64,000 nt of DNA, from NCBI GenBank assembly GCA_024704765.1, contig JAKMXF010000300.1, positions 372,001 to 436,000 of the forward strand. Direction: 5' to 3'. The notes beneath the pieces are model-generated. The model ran no database searches. It saw only the letters and a program-made list of their open reading frames with translations, and was not told the origin of the DNA. Below, in pieces: positions 9,769 through 20,748 of the stretch. Positions within the stretch are counted from its first letter, which is position 1; the number at the start of each line of letters is the position of its first letter. This stretch comes from Oopsacas minuta. Taxonomy: Eukaryota > Animalia > Porifera. The position numbers and the translations under genes are program-made.

Positions 9769-12700
9769 ATGGGAGAACCAATAGAAGGAGAAGTACACCA
9801 ACTTGTTACACATTTGGGAATTAGGAAATGGAGGAAGAGATATTTGATTGTGAAAACGAGTTACTTAATGTTGTACGAGAAACAGGAAGACGTGAACAAT
9901 CCTAATCCACAATTAAAAGTATCGTTTTATGAGATAAAAGAAATCCAAGAAGCAACGTTTATAGGAGATCAATCTGGTCAGGTGAAGAGGGACACTAATT
10001 GTGGGTTCAAAGTTGATTACGGAGGTCACCACTCTATAAGTCTCCAAGCAAATAGTCAAGAAGAAAGGACAAAGTTCGTACAGAGTTTACAAGATAAGAA
10101 AAATTTTTGGCAGCAACAAACTCCAACTTCTCCAGAAAAAACATTTTTCGGTAAAGATTCTAGTATGGAGTTAATAGAAACCTGTGAAATCGACTTAAAA
10201 GATCCATTGGGGCTAGTAGGAAAGGAAGAAGTAAGTTTATACGATAGTATGTGTAAAATAATATACAAGTTTTCCTCTTGAAATATCTAGGTAGTACAGA
10301 TTAGAGAAGAATTTGAAGGAACATGTTCAGTGAGACTACTTTATAGTGATGCTAGTATTCAATATGCAACTCTAAGTTCAAACATGACTGGGGAAGAAGT
10401 GTTGGAGCAGGTACAAGATCTCTCAAACTCCAGCAGATCATCCTTGTTCCTCCTGGACACTAAGGGAGTGGTACAAAACCTCAGACCAAAAGACAAACCT
10501 GGACCAATTCTAGCTAGACTATATGGTCTGTGTGTTGTGGAACCTCAGAATAGAGTTTTTGTGGTGCATTTCCCAAGTAGTGACTGGATACCACTTATAT
10601 TGAATAAGGGGGTAAGCTGTCAACAGATTATCCATTCTCAAAAGGTAACTATAATAATCTCTACCCACAAGTTAAACTCATTTTATCGTAATAAAGTTGT
10701 ATTTATTTGAGGAAGGTTTGGAAATGATGAGATTAAGTCCTTAATGCGTGTCATTTGAGACTGTTTGTGTTGAGGTTTTCTCACGATAGCAGCCACTGAC
10801 GAGGAAAAGTTCTGATCCCAAAAATGGTTCAAACCTGGGTTCTATGGACCAATTGGTGGTCTACAGGCATCATGGGGTCCACAGGATCTGAAATTTTGTA
10901 TTTGCAGTCTTTCAGAGGGGTCTTATAGAATGTGTGTTGAAATTACACTGTAAAGTTGTGATTTTAGTCTAACTTGAATTGTTTGTAGATCAAAGCAAAG
11001 ATAAGTGATAATCAATCCTCAAATGCTGCGCTATTCATTCGTAAATCAACAGAGATACAATCCATCAGTTCACATACAGCTGGAGAAGTGCAACTATCCC
11101 ATCAAGAATGTCCAGCCGAGTTGCTATACACTGAAACGACCGAGGGTGTGGAACCTAAGCAAACTGTCTTGATACTGAGACAAGGCACAACTGGTACAGC
11201 TGTTACGAAAACAGAGAGGAATAGAACCATGACAATAAAGGACAAATATGCTCTTCTATCATCTCCACTCAGCAAGGTAAAGAATCAGCGTAACATGGAA
11301 ATGATATACGATGAAGCTATCGAAAACTTAGAAAATGATCCGTTACAATCAAGTGTTATGGTGCCCAAGATCAACCAAGAATGGTATGACTTAATTTGTA
11401 AATTTTCCGCATGCATCTAATCGCTCTAATTAGGTTAGAAGATTCAGACAATACTCCTGATGATAATAGGATAAGATTTAGAGAAAAAGCAGAAGAGATC
11501 TCACCTATTGACGAATCAGTAGAATTGCTACCCTCCTCAGAACCAAGGGGACGATTACCACCGTTACATAGTACGAGCCCTTCAAAGACTGATGGAGTTA
11601 AAAAACTGTTTAATAAAACTTTTCACTCAAAGAAATCAGCTGAAATTCAAAAGGATGACACAGTACAAGCACAAGAACTAAAGAGAGGCAGGACAACTGC
11701 ACTCACTATATCAGATGTAAATACAAACAATTATTATCCCAAATATTCCATTATTTCACTTACATATAGGATGATGAACATATGGTCTATGTTGATGAAG
11801 CAAACAGACACAAACATACAGATAGTCATCCATTCGAAATGTCAATAGAAGATAACTTTCATCAATCATCTAAACATCATTACATCCCTCCATCTACACA
11901 AAACAAGATTGTAGAAGAACCTAGACAACAGCATCTGGTCAGACCTAGCAGTCTTGCTCCAATACTAACCGCTGGAGAGATAGCCAGGCATGTTACGTCA
12001 GCAAAAACACCTGACGAAGAGAACTACCCATTATCACCAACAAGCATTACTCTACAGGAGATAGCCAAGTAAGAATTTATAGGTTAATTTAGTATAGTTA
12101 AGAAGAGTAATTCGATCTGGAAATTATCACAATTGGGTATAAGTATTTATAAGATAACATTGCTATAGATATCCAACTATCAAAACTTCTACCTGGCAAC
12201 AAGTGGAAAATAATTCAATGACTGAGAGAAAAGATGATTTAGATAAAAATGCAATCATTTCCGATCTCCAAGCAAGAGCTAATCCAAACATAGAAAGCAA
12301 GCCTGCTATAGGAGCTATTAAAGTTGATACCAGACAGCCAATCATGATACCTAAAATAGCTGTAACATCCCAAGAAACGCGAGTTTTCCAGATTATATCG
12401 CCGGCATTATTGAGAACATGGGTATTGAATAAGGCTAACAATCCTCCATCTAAGATACAGGTTAATAAGAGCATCCTTGAGTGGAAGAAAGATAAATGGG
12501 TGCTAGCTGCTAACTCACAGTATTCAGACCTCACCCTAACAGATGAGAATAAAAGCATTTTCAAATTGGCAGGAGGGATAGAACTCGTGTACTATGATAA
12601 GAGCAAAGTCTGGTCAGTGAATGGACCTAAGATTATCAAATACGTACAACCTAGCATGGAATTGAAGAAAAATGCTGGTCCAAAGACGAACGTACAAAGA

Positions 12701-14035
12701 AAAAAGATGGAATTCACTCGTCAAGCTGTTGCTCAGTTTTCTAACGTAGCAGGTAGGGAGGATGAGTTAGGATTTAATGATGGTGACGTAATGAATATTG
12801 TTTCTGAAGTCAGTGAAGATTGGTTGATGTGTGAGAACAAAGAGGGGGTAAGAGGGTATGTACCTACTAATTATGTTAAGATTCAAGACTATAAACCTAC
12901 AGCCGTCAAAGAAGAGGAAATACAAGATAAACTAGATTCTGAGGAGCAAAACGAGGATGCGAAAAGTGAAAGTAAGGTGCTTGAGGATAATCCAGAAGGA
13001 TCTGATAAAGTAGAAATAGAACCTGAGCCTGTTATCGACATGTATACTCGATTAGCTATACAATTGAGGGAGAAAATAAAACTTCTACAAAATGCAGTGG
13101 ATCCTATAATATGGCATTCAGGAGCAACAAGAGATCCAGAAATCAAGAAGCAATTATTCGACGATAGGAAAACACCTGCAGTTGCTGTGTTGATTAGAGG
13201 GAAGCTGTCTACTGCGTTAGCAGAAATAATTTTGAAGGGGTTGAAGGCAAAGAAAAGCTTTTTCCAAATTGAGAATAATAACATTTGGAGTGTTGTGCTT
13301 GAGACTGCGAAATATAAGGATTCAATTCCTGCATGTAGTTCTGCTTACAAAGCTATAGAAGACATTTGTATACTGAGCGAAGTAACGAATACTCTCGGAT
13401 CACCAAGTTCTAAATTCCGTTCTTTCATCTGTCAAGCTCTGAACAACCAGTTCTTGGAATCTTGGCTATATACAGTATTTTTCGATTTAGGAGGAAATGC
13501 ATTTGAGGGTTTGTATGAAATAGATTCTTTCGTGGTATGCAGTCGGCATGAAAAGATTCGGACTCTTTTGGAAGAAATGCTACTCATTGTACAGCCACTG
13601 GATGCGCTTGGGTTTCAGTTATCTATCAATTTCGAACGAGGTCCGCAACCTTCTGAAGGAAAATGGCTCAGTTCTAGTGGTATCGGACAGAGATTTGGTA
13701 ATATATTTCTCAAAACAATGACACAGCCCATTACACCACTTGGCACAAAGAACTCGTCAAGAACATCTAGCCGAGAAAACTTATCAATTAATCATACCAT
13801 GACAAGTCTAAGTCGATCATCCAGCCCTACAAATGAAAACAACAACAAAATGTTTGTTACTCCTGGCGAATCGATAAAGAAGGGGAATGTAACAGTAGAT
13901 ACAGCTACAGATATAGCAGTTGCAGATTCTATTTATACTAGAACAATTGGACCCAAAAAAAGCATTGAACAACTCAACAAAATTGTAGAAGATTCCAAGA
14001 TTCAGGAAGATACTCCTGATGATGTAAATATATAG
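9769..14035 (+). CDS. Multidomain adaptor: PH, ubiquitin/RA-like segments, SH3, RUN; exons 9769-10230, 10291-10644, 10989-11383, 11434-11716, 11770-12068, 12169-14035; 1219 aa
   Basis: PH (KWRKRYLIV..ANSQEERTKFVQSL), SH3 (DELGFNDGD..EDWL..GYVPTNYV) and RUN (LSTALAEII..FRSFICQALN..LESWL). Five phase-compatible GT-AG introns. The Ubl/RA call is tentative. Confidence 0.8.
10717..10822 (+). ncRNA. SNORD10: Box C/D snoRNA, SNORD10 (mgU6-77) homologue, intronic
   Basis: Terminal stem TTTGG (10717)/CCAAA (10818), box C ATGATGA 10724-10730, guide TGCGTGTCAT 10745-10754 followed by D' TTGA, C'-like CTGACGA 10796, box D CTGA 10812. The guide is the exact complement of conserved U6 AUGACACGCA; the +5 rule gives U6 C77 and, with G-U pairs, the LSU rRNA C in GUGACGCGCAU, the two known SNORD10 targets. 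Confidence 0.8.
10837..10950 (+). ncRNA. Candidate box H/ACA snoRNA directly downstream of the C/D snoRNA in the same intron
   Basis: Hairpin 10837-10880 (GGGTTCTATG/CATGGGGTCC), H box ACAGGA 10881-10886, second hairpin about 10892-10944, then ACA 10945-10947 plus 3 nt. Folded by eye; target not established. Confidence 0.45.
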
Positions 14036-14271
14036 AGATTTAATAGCAAATGTAGCTCTTGTACAAATGTAAACATTTCTCTGTATTTGGACAGTTTATA
14101 AATATTATCTCATATTTATATACAATTTTTTTTTACCATTTATGGACTTCAATTGATACATTTCGATAGAGAAATTTAACACTTGTGGTTTCATATAATT
14201 GTTATAAATAATGGCTTTAATCTGCCCGAATTGTGTATAACGGTTTGTCCTATATACAATTCTAACCTAGA

Positions 14272-17200
14272 ATGGCTAGTTGGATGAATGACTCAGAACT
14301 TATGCAAGAACTTAGACGCTTGGAGAATCCAGTAGGAAAATGGGAGCTGGTGGAACGGATCGGAGAAGGCACTTACGGAGAAGTATACAAAGCTAGGAAT
14401 TGTAAATCTGGGGAGATACAGGCTGTCAAGGTTATGGATGATGTAGCTGAGAAGGAAGATGACATACGAGCTGAGTTAGAGGTCCTCAAACATCACTCGC
14501 TCCATCCGAATATCGCCTCATTCTACGGAGCATACTTGAAGCCTGGCACAGGTGGGGAGGAACAGTTATGGCTAGTAATGGAGTATTGTGAGGGAGGGTC
14601 TATTACAGATATAGCAAAGAGTGTTCAAGAAAGAGGCTCATGTCTAGAAGAAGATTGTGTTTCATTCATCTTGAGAGAAATTCTTCAAGGATTATTCTAC
14701 TTACACAAATCACATATAATACATCGTGACGTAAAAGGCCAAAACGTCCTACTCACTCGACAAGCTCACGTCAAGCTAATTGACTTTGGTATAGCTGCTA
14801 AAATAGCTTACACATTAGACAAAAGACATTCACATTTGGGGACTCCCTTTTGGATGGCACCAGAAGTAATAGCTTGTGAAAATCAACTAGATATGGACTA
14901 TGATAATCGAGCTGACGTCTGGTCCCTTGGTATAACTGCCATTGAACTTGCGGACTCGGTTACTCCCTATCATGGGGAACATCCTGCTCGTGTTCTATTC
15001 AGGATCCCTCGTGACCCGTCACCAACCGTAAGAGACACGGAAAAATGGTCACAGAAATTTCTCGATTTTATAGCTCGCTGTCTTATAAAGGATTACGAGA
15101 AAAGACCAAATGTATTAGAGCTTCTGGCTGATCCATTTGTTGATACGAATACAGATCCACGTAATATCAGACGTAAGTTGGTACAATTACTTGATCAAGC
15201 ACAAGGACCGAGATTAGATGATGACGATATATTCACTCTGAGTTCAAAAGGCGGATCTGATACAATTAAAGCATATAAACCTAGTATACCAGCTTGGGAA
15301 GTTCATGACCTCGCTTCTCTAGAAACTATTGATGAAGGAATTATAGTTCATTATTTACAAGAACGTTATATGAGAGGTGATATATACACCTACGTAGGAG
15401 ACGTACTAATATCTCTAAACCCGTTTGAGACTCTAGATATTTATAACAAACGATTTCAAGATCATTATATAAATATTCCTACAACAAAAGACAGGCCACC
15501 TCATCTATTCGCTATAGCAGATGTTACCTATCAGTCAATGTTAGTGAATAACAAATTCCAATGTACACTGATTTCCGGTGAGAGCGGATCAGGCAAAACC
15601 GAAGCTTCTAACATCTTTCTACAACATTTAACAAGACTAGGACGAGCTAGTTCAAAAGCATTGGAAGATAAGATACTTAAAGTTAATCCAGTTCTAGAAG
15701 CATTTGGAAATGCACGTACTATCATTAATAATAATTCTTCAAGATTTGGGAAGTACATTGAAGTTTTCTTCAACTCTTCTGGTCGAGTTATTGGAGCGGA
15801 AATTACTCAGTATCTGTTAGAAAAGTCCCGTATTATTCATCAACCGAGAAGAGAGAGAAGTTTCCATATATTCTATTATCTTTTAGGCTATCTAAGACAG
15901 GAAAATAAACTTGAAAGTTTCTACTTCACACCAGGAGAAGATCACCGTTACATGCGTATCGGAGGAACAATAGTAGAATATCCCAAACAATACACTGTAA
16001 ATTCTCTCAATTTCAACAACATACGTCACTCGTTGGATATTATAGGGTTTACTCCCCGTGAGAAAACTTCAATATACTCGATAATAGCTGCTATACTCCA
16101 TATGGGTGATATACAGATTGAGATTGATATGTCTAGCTATGACGTCACATCTCATATAGTAGAATCTACGCTAGTAGCTAATCCTGATGAGGCTAAAAAA
16201 GCTGCTACTCTTCTGAAAATAAATACGGAACAACTGATTCAAGTTATAACCACTATGGGAGTAGTTACTCGTGGAGAATACCTTGAGATTCCAAATACTT
16301 TGGAACAAGCAATGGATATACGAGATGCTATTTCTAAGGCATTATATGGGAGATTGTTTTCCTGGATAGTTAAGAGAATTAACATATCCATAGTCCCTAA
16401 AGTTATTCCTGAAGACTACCTGTCTATTGGAATATTAGATATTTTCGGGTTTGAAAACTTTAAGAAGAATTCTCTTGAACAGATGAATATTAATATCGCG
16501 AATGAACAACTACAGTACTTCTTCAATCAACATATATTCGCATTGGAGCAGGCTGAATATGCGAAGGAAGGGATTAACTTGAATACATTCTCATTCACAA
16601 ACAATCAACCTATCTTGGATATGTTACTCAAGAAGCCGGTTGGATTACTTGCACTTTTAGACGATGAGAGCAAGTTCTCAAGTGCTACCGATCACTCTCT
16701 GATAACCAAATTCCATTCTCACTATTCTAGATCTAAGCACTACATTAGACCTAAATCTAACCACCCAACATTTGGGATAGTACACTACGCTGGTAAGGTG
16801 AGCTATTCAGGTATAGGTTTCTTACAAAAGAATCGTGATACACTACAATCTAGTGCAGTTACACTTCTGAGAGAATCAAGAGATGATCTTATACTAGAGT
16901 TATTCTCTGATAAGTTTATTGCTGGTGGGTCGCTACTAGCTGAAAAAACTTCTACCGCTAGCAAAGCTTCTCGATCACGACTGAAATACTTCGCTACAGG
17001 TGATTCACATAAATCAGGACGTGAAGGACAGGGTATACCAAGTGGTCAACCTAATCCTGCATCCCTGGTCCGTAACCAAACTGTCAGCACACATTTCCGT
17101 AACTCTCTCCGTGAATTAATGGTCAAAATAGAATCGGCTCAGCCCCATTTTATCAGATGTATTGACCCTAATGGTACTAAAACTCCTAAGCTATTTCTTC

Positions 17201-18570
17201 CACATAAAGTAGTAGAGCAGTTGAGATACACAGGAGTACTGGAGACTTGTAAAATCAGGAAAGAAGGCTATTCACATAGAATGTTATTCGAGGAATTTAT
17301 TGAGAGATACAAAGTGCTTGATTTAGGGTATGGACAGAAGGTTAACAGACCGTTTGCTAATTGTGCACAAATCTTAGAAACAACTCGTATTCGTGGCTAC
17401 CAGCTTGGTCGTAGTAAAGTATTCTTAAAGTATTATCACGTTGAAGAGCTAAACGAGATGGTTAAGAGATACAAAAAGTACGCTATTACCTTACAAAGGT
17501 TTGTGAGAGGATTTCTAGCACGTAGACTTAGAGATAGGATTATATGGAATACTAATAACAAAGCTTCTTCTGTTATTGGACGGTGTGTAAGAGCTTGGTT
17601 GTTTAGGATAGCATTTTGGAGATTAGTAAAGAGTGATTATCGTAAAATCGTAAAGCTACAAGCTTTGGCTAAAATGGAGCTAGCACGTATACATTATTTT
17701 AAGCTGAAATTTGAATCACATAGAAGAGCTCGTGCAACTAAACTACTTCAATCTGCTATCAGAATATGGCTAGCTAAGAGACACTATTCTCATTTACAAG
17801 AGCAGATAATGCTGGATAGCTTAACTGTACTTCAAGCTGGTGTAAGAGGGTTAATAGCTCGTAAACTTGTAAAGGAAATGGTCAGACAACAGTCAGCAGC
17901 AATTGTATTACAGAGAGCTATTAGAGTTGTAATAGAGAAGAGAATGAGGATTGAGAAAGAGCAAAATATTAATAGAGAGACTGTAATGGTAATGAGACCA
18001 GGTCTTGTAGGATCTAATAATACAAACGATTTGAATGTTTGGATAGAGAAAGTTATACCGGTTGGCGACAGAGCTCTTCTTGAGTCTAGGAAACGTAAGG
18101 CACGTAGTAAAGGTTCATTACGTCATCAGTTAGAGAGAGGGATAATGGAGGAATACAATAGAGAACAGGGAGCTATCACGATACAGAGATTTTACAGAGG
18201 GTGGCAAGCGAGGAGAGTCACTAGACCAGCGTTATTACGAGCTGCTAACGAGAAGAGAGCTGTTATAAACTTTCTTACGGAAATGACGAATGTAAGTAAT
18301 AAATTAGTGAAGAAGCAATTACTACTAGACGACAAGAAATGGCATTTCACTCATGTACCTCCATGCGAGCCTTCAACCACGAGTTTATACACAACTATCT
18401 CTGTACAAGATAGTGTTAGGTTTTTCAAAACATTGGAACAATCTCAACAGAAAATTCCTAGACCACATATAGCTGGATCTGCTCTGCACGAATTGCCAGC
18501 TAATAACATCGATAGTAATGAGCTTAAAGGGGCCAGGTTCAACTTCACGGCTATGTACGCGAACAAATAA
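14272..18570 (+). CDS. MYO3: Class III myosin (N-terminal STE20-like kinase, motor, IQ motifs, tail); single exon, 1432 aa
   Basis: Kinase GEGTYGEV, HRDVKGQN, DFG, APE. Motor GESGSGKT, NNNSSRFG, DIFGFE. Several IQ motifs (e.g. AITIQRFYRGWQARR). Confidence 0.95.
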   Translation: MASWMNDSELMQELRRLENPVGKWELVERIGEGTYGEVYKARNCKSGEIQAVKVMDDVAEKEDDIRAELEVLKHHSLHPNIASFYGAYLKPGTGGEEQLWLVMEYCEGGSITDIAKSVQERGSCLEEDCVSFILREILQGLFYLHKSHIIHRDVKGQNVLLTRQAHVKLIDFGIAAKIAYTLDKRHSHLGTPFWMAPEVIACENQLDMDYDNRADVWSLGITAIELADSVTPYHGEHPARVLFRIPRDPSPTVRDTEKWSQKFLDFIARCLIKDYEKRPNVLELLADPFVDTNTDPRNIRRKLVQLLDQAQGPRLDDDDIFTLSSKGGSDTIKAYKPSIPAWEVHDLASLETIDEGIIVHYLQERYMRGDIYTYVGDVLISLNPFETLDIYNKRFQDHYINIPTTKDRPPHLFAIADVTYQSMLVNNKFQCTLISGESGSGKTEASNIFLQHLTRLGRASSKALEDKILKVNPVLEAFGNARTIINNNSSRFGKYIEVFFNSSGRVIGAEITQYLLEKSRIIHQPRRERSFHIFYYLLGYLRQENKLESFYFTPGEDHRYMRIGGTIVEYPKQYTVNSLNFNNIRHSLDIIGFTPREKTSIYSIIAAILHMGDIQIEIDMSSYDVTSHIVESTLVANPDEAKKAATLLKINTEQLIQVITTMGVVTRGEYLEIPNTLEQAMDIRDAISKALYGRLFSWIVKRINISIVPKVIPEDYLSIGILDIFGFENFKKNSLEQMNINIANEQLQYFFNQHIFALEQAEYAKEGINLNTFSFTNNQPILDMLLKKPVGLLALLDDESKFSSATDHSLITKFHSHYSRSKHYIRPKSNHPTFGIVHYAGKVSYSGIGFLQKNRDTLQSSAVTLLRESRDDLILELFSDKFIAGGSLLAEKTSTASKASRSRLKYFATGDSHKSGREGQGIPSGQPNPASLVRNQTVSTHFRNSLRELMVKIESAQPHFIRCIDPNGTKTPKLFLPHKVVEQLRYTGVLETCKIRKEGYSHRMLFEEFIERYKVLDLGYGQKVNRPFANCAQILETTRIRGYQLGRSKVFLKYYHVEELNEMVKRYKKYAITLQRFVRGFLARRLRDRIIWNTNNKASSVIGRCVRAWLFRIAFWRLVKSDYRKIVKLQALAKMELARIHYFKLKFESHRRARATKLLQSAIRIWLAKRHYSHLQEQIMLDSLTVLQAGVRGLIARKLVKEMVRQQSAAIVLQRAIRVVIEKRMRIEKEQNINRETVMVMRPGLVGSNNTNDLNVWIEKVIPVGDRALLESRKRKARSKGSLRHQLERGIMEEYNREQGAITIQRFYRGWQARRVTRPALLRAANEKRAVINFLTEMTNVSNKLVKKQLLLDDKKWHFTHVPPCEPSTTSLYTTISVQDSVRFFKTLEQSQQKIPRPHIAGSALHELPANNIDSNELKGARFNFTAMYANK

Positions 18571-18896
18571 TTATTTTCACTTTTCTATGCAACATGGTCA
18601 CTTACCTTATTCTCTGAATTTTGAACCAAATAATATTTTATTCAACTACTGCCATACTAAGGCTAGCAAACTGTAATTATAATATCGCATAGTGGCTTCA
18701 GAACCCGTTTAAAATGCTGTTAGCAGATTTAGTTTAACTGCATGGAGAAACGACCTAAAATGGTGATTTCAGAGACAATATGAGCAACATTTAAACAAAT
18801 TGCTCTTTACATTGTTTAGGTTGAGTTTAATTGCAATAATTTCTAATTAATTTCAATTAGACTATTAATTGTTTGAATAAGCTATAGATTACTAGT

Positions 18897-19451
18897 ATGT
18901 CTGAATTGGGTCAAATTCTAGCTAGACGTGGACGAATCAACGAAGGGGAAGAGGCGTCGAAGCCTGGTACTCATGGATCTATTTATGCTGAATTTAAAGA
19001 ACTTTCCATCCCAGAAATTAAAGAATACAAAAAGACATTTGAAAAGTACGATGTGGATAAATCAAATTTTATTGATATGATGGAACTTAAGTTAATGATG
19101 GAGAAGTTAGGAGCTCCTCAAACACATCTAGGACTCAAGGCTATGATAAAGGAAGTGGATGAGGATATGGACAACCAGATTTCATTTCGTGAATTTCTTC
19201 TTATCTTCAGGAAGGCAGGTACAGGAGAATTGATTGCAGATGGTCTTTCTGTAATCGCGAAAAGTTGCAATGTTGCAGAAGAAGGTGTTAAAGGAGCTAA
19301 GAGTTTCTTCGAAGCCAAAGCAGCTGAGGTTTCCAAGGGAGCGAGATTTGAAGAAGAAATGAAAGCCGAGAAAGAAAAGAAAGCGAAGGAAGCTGAAGAG
19401 GCCAGACTTCGTAAAGAAGCATTCAAAGCAAAGTCTTCAGCTTTTAAGTAA
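18897..19451 (+). CDS. EFHD2: EFHD1/2 (swiprosin) EF-hand actin-binding protein; single exon
   Basis: SELGQILARR, two EF-hands, KLGAPQTHLGLKAMIKEVDED, ISFREFLLIFRKA, GVKGAKSFFEAK and a C-terminal coiled coil. The symbol denotes the EFHD1/2 family. Confidence 0.93.
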   Translation: MSELGQILARRGRINEGEEASKPGTHGSIYAEFKELSIPEIKEYKKTFEKYDVDKSNFIDMMELKLMMEKLGAPQTHLGLKAMIKEVDEDMDNQISFREFLLIFRKAGTGELIADGLSVIAKSCNVAEEGVKGAKSFFEAKAAEVSKGARFEEEMKAEKEKKAKEAEEARLRKEAFKAKSSAFK

Positions 19452-19858
19452 CTACACGCTACGTGAATTTCTCCCTCTGAATAATAAATTTAATATTATA
19501 ATTAAACTAACCAACATCTCATAATTATTTCCTGTTGAATGTATTATATAGATAAAGTGAGGATGTTAATTATTATAGACACAAAATGATTAGTATAGTA
19601 TAACCTAAGTGAATTATTGAATAAGCAGGCTAGTTTTACAAAAATACTATCTACTGTCTGTTGTAGGATGTTATTCTTGTTTTAGCTGAAAATTCTTAAA
19701 ATTTCTACCTCAAAATGACATCCCAGTTATTTAAGCTACACAAATTCACTTAGTGTCTTGTCAAATGTGAACATATAAATACGTTAATTATACGTGTGTT
19801 GTGAAAAATGAGTTTTACTAAAGGATTTCGTCTTTTGTATCGCATTAGCAAGTTTAAA

Positions 19859-20702
19859 ATGGAATTTAAAAAGAATAAAGACAAGGGTCCTATACTTCAG
19901 GTAATATAATATAGCAATAGAGTTACATGTATAGTTATTGAGTGTGTCGTTTAGAGAGGGAGATTGATATCCACTGATTTGGAGACCTTCTTCTCGGAAT
20001 GGCAAGACATACAATCTTCTAATCGAGATTCTTATCATCCTCAAGAGGAGAAAGAAGTTGAGAAGTTAACAGAAGAGGAGAAAGAAGAGAAAGGTAAGAT
20101 TTTACAATGAATTATTCACTCATTAAATAACTGTACGTATTTCTATAGAGGTTCAAGAGCAAATAGCCTGGCTAGAAGATGCAGGAATGGAAAATATAGT
20201 AGAGAGAATGAAACGTATGTTCCTATACACATTAGTATATTGCCCAAAATCTTCTATATAATTCCTTATATAGAAGATACAAATATTAATGGATTCGATT
20301 TGGAAGCCTCGGTTGCATGGATGTCAGTAAAACAAGCATCAGTAGTCAGGAGGAGAGTATTTAGCGTACAGAATACGATCAGGAGGAGGAAAGCTAAAAA
20401 GTTCATTGATGGTCCTCGAGCTAAAGAGGAAGGGAAACAAATCAGTACTTACACTAACGATTCACAAGATTCACCTGAAGTTAGTAAATGTAAATAAGTG
20501 ATATTAAATTTGTGTATATTTAACATGTAAATCTATAGGATTATCCCGCATGCAATGACCTCTACGATAACATATTTCCTGCTACTACTGATATACAAGA
20601 CAGTTGTGAAGTACCTGGGGCTGTTAACGAGGTGTTTGAACTAGTAAGTATTACCAATCAGTGAATTCTATGAATACAAATATTTTATTATTATTATTAT
20701 TA

Positions 20703-20748
<46 letters not shown>

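Noticed and set aside
19809-19832. TTTTACTAAAGGATTTC resembling U5 snRNA loop 1 and its 3' stem
   Set aside because: Lacks the GCC of the invariant loop, the pairing 5' strand and an Sm site.
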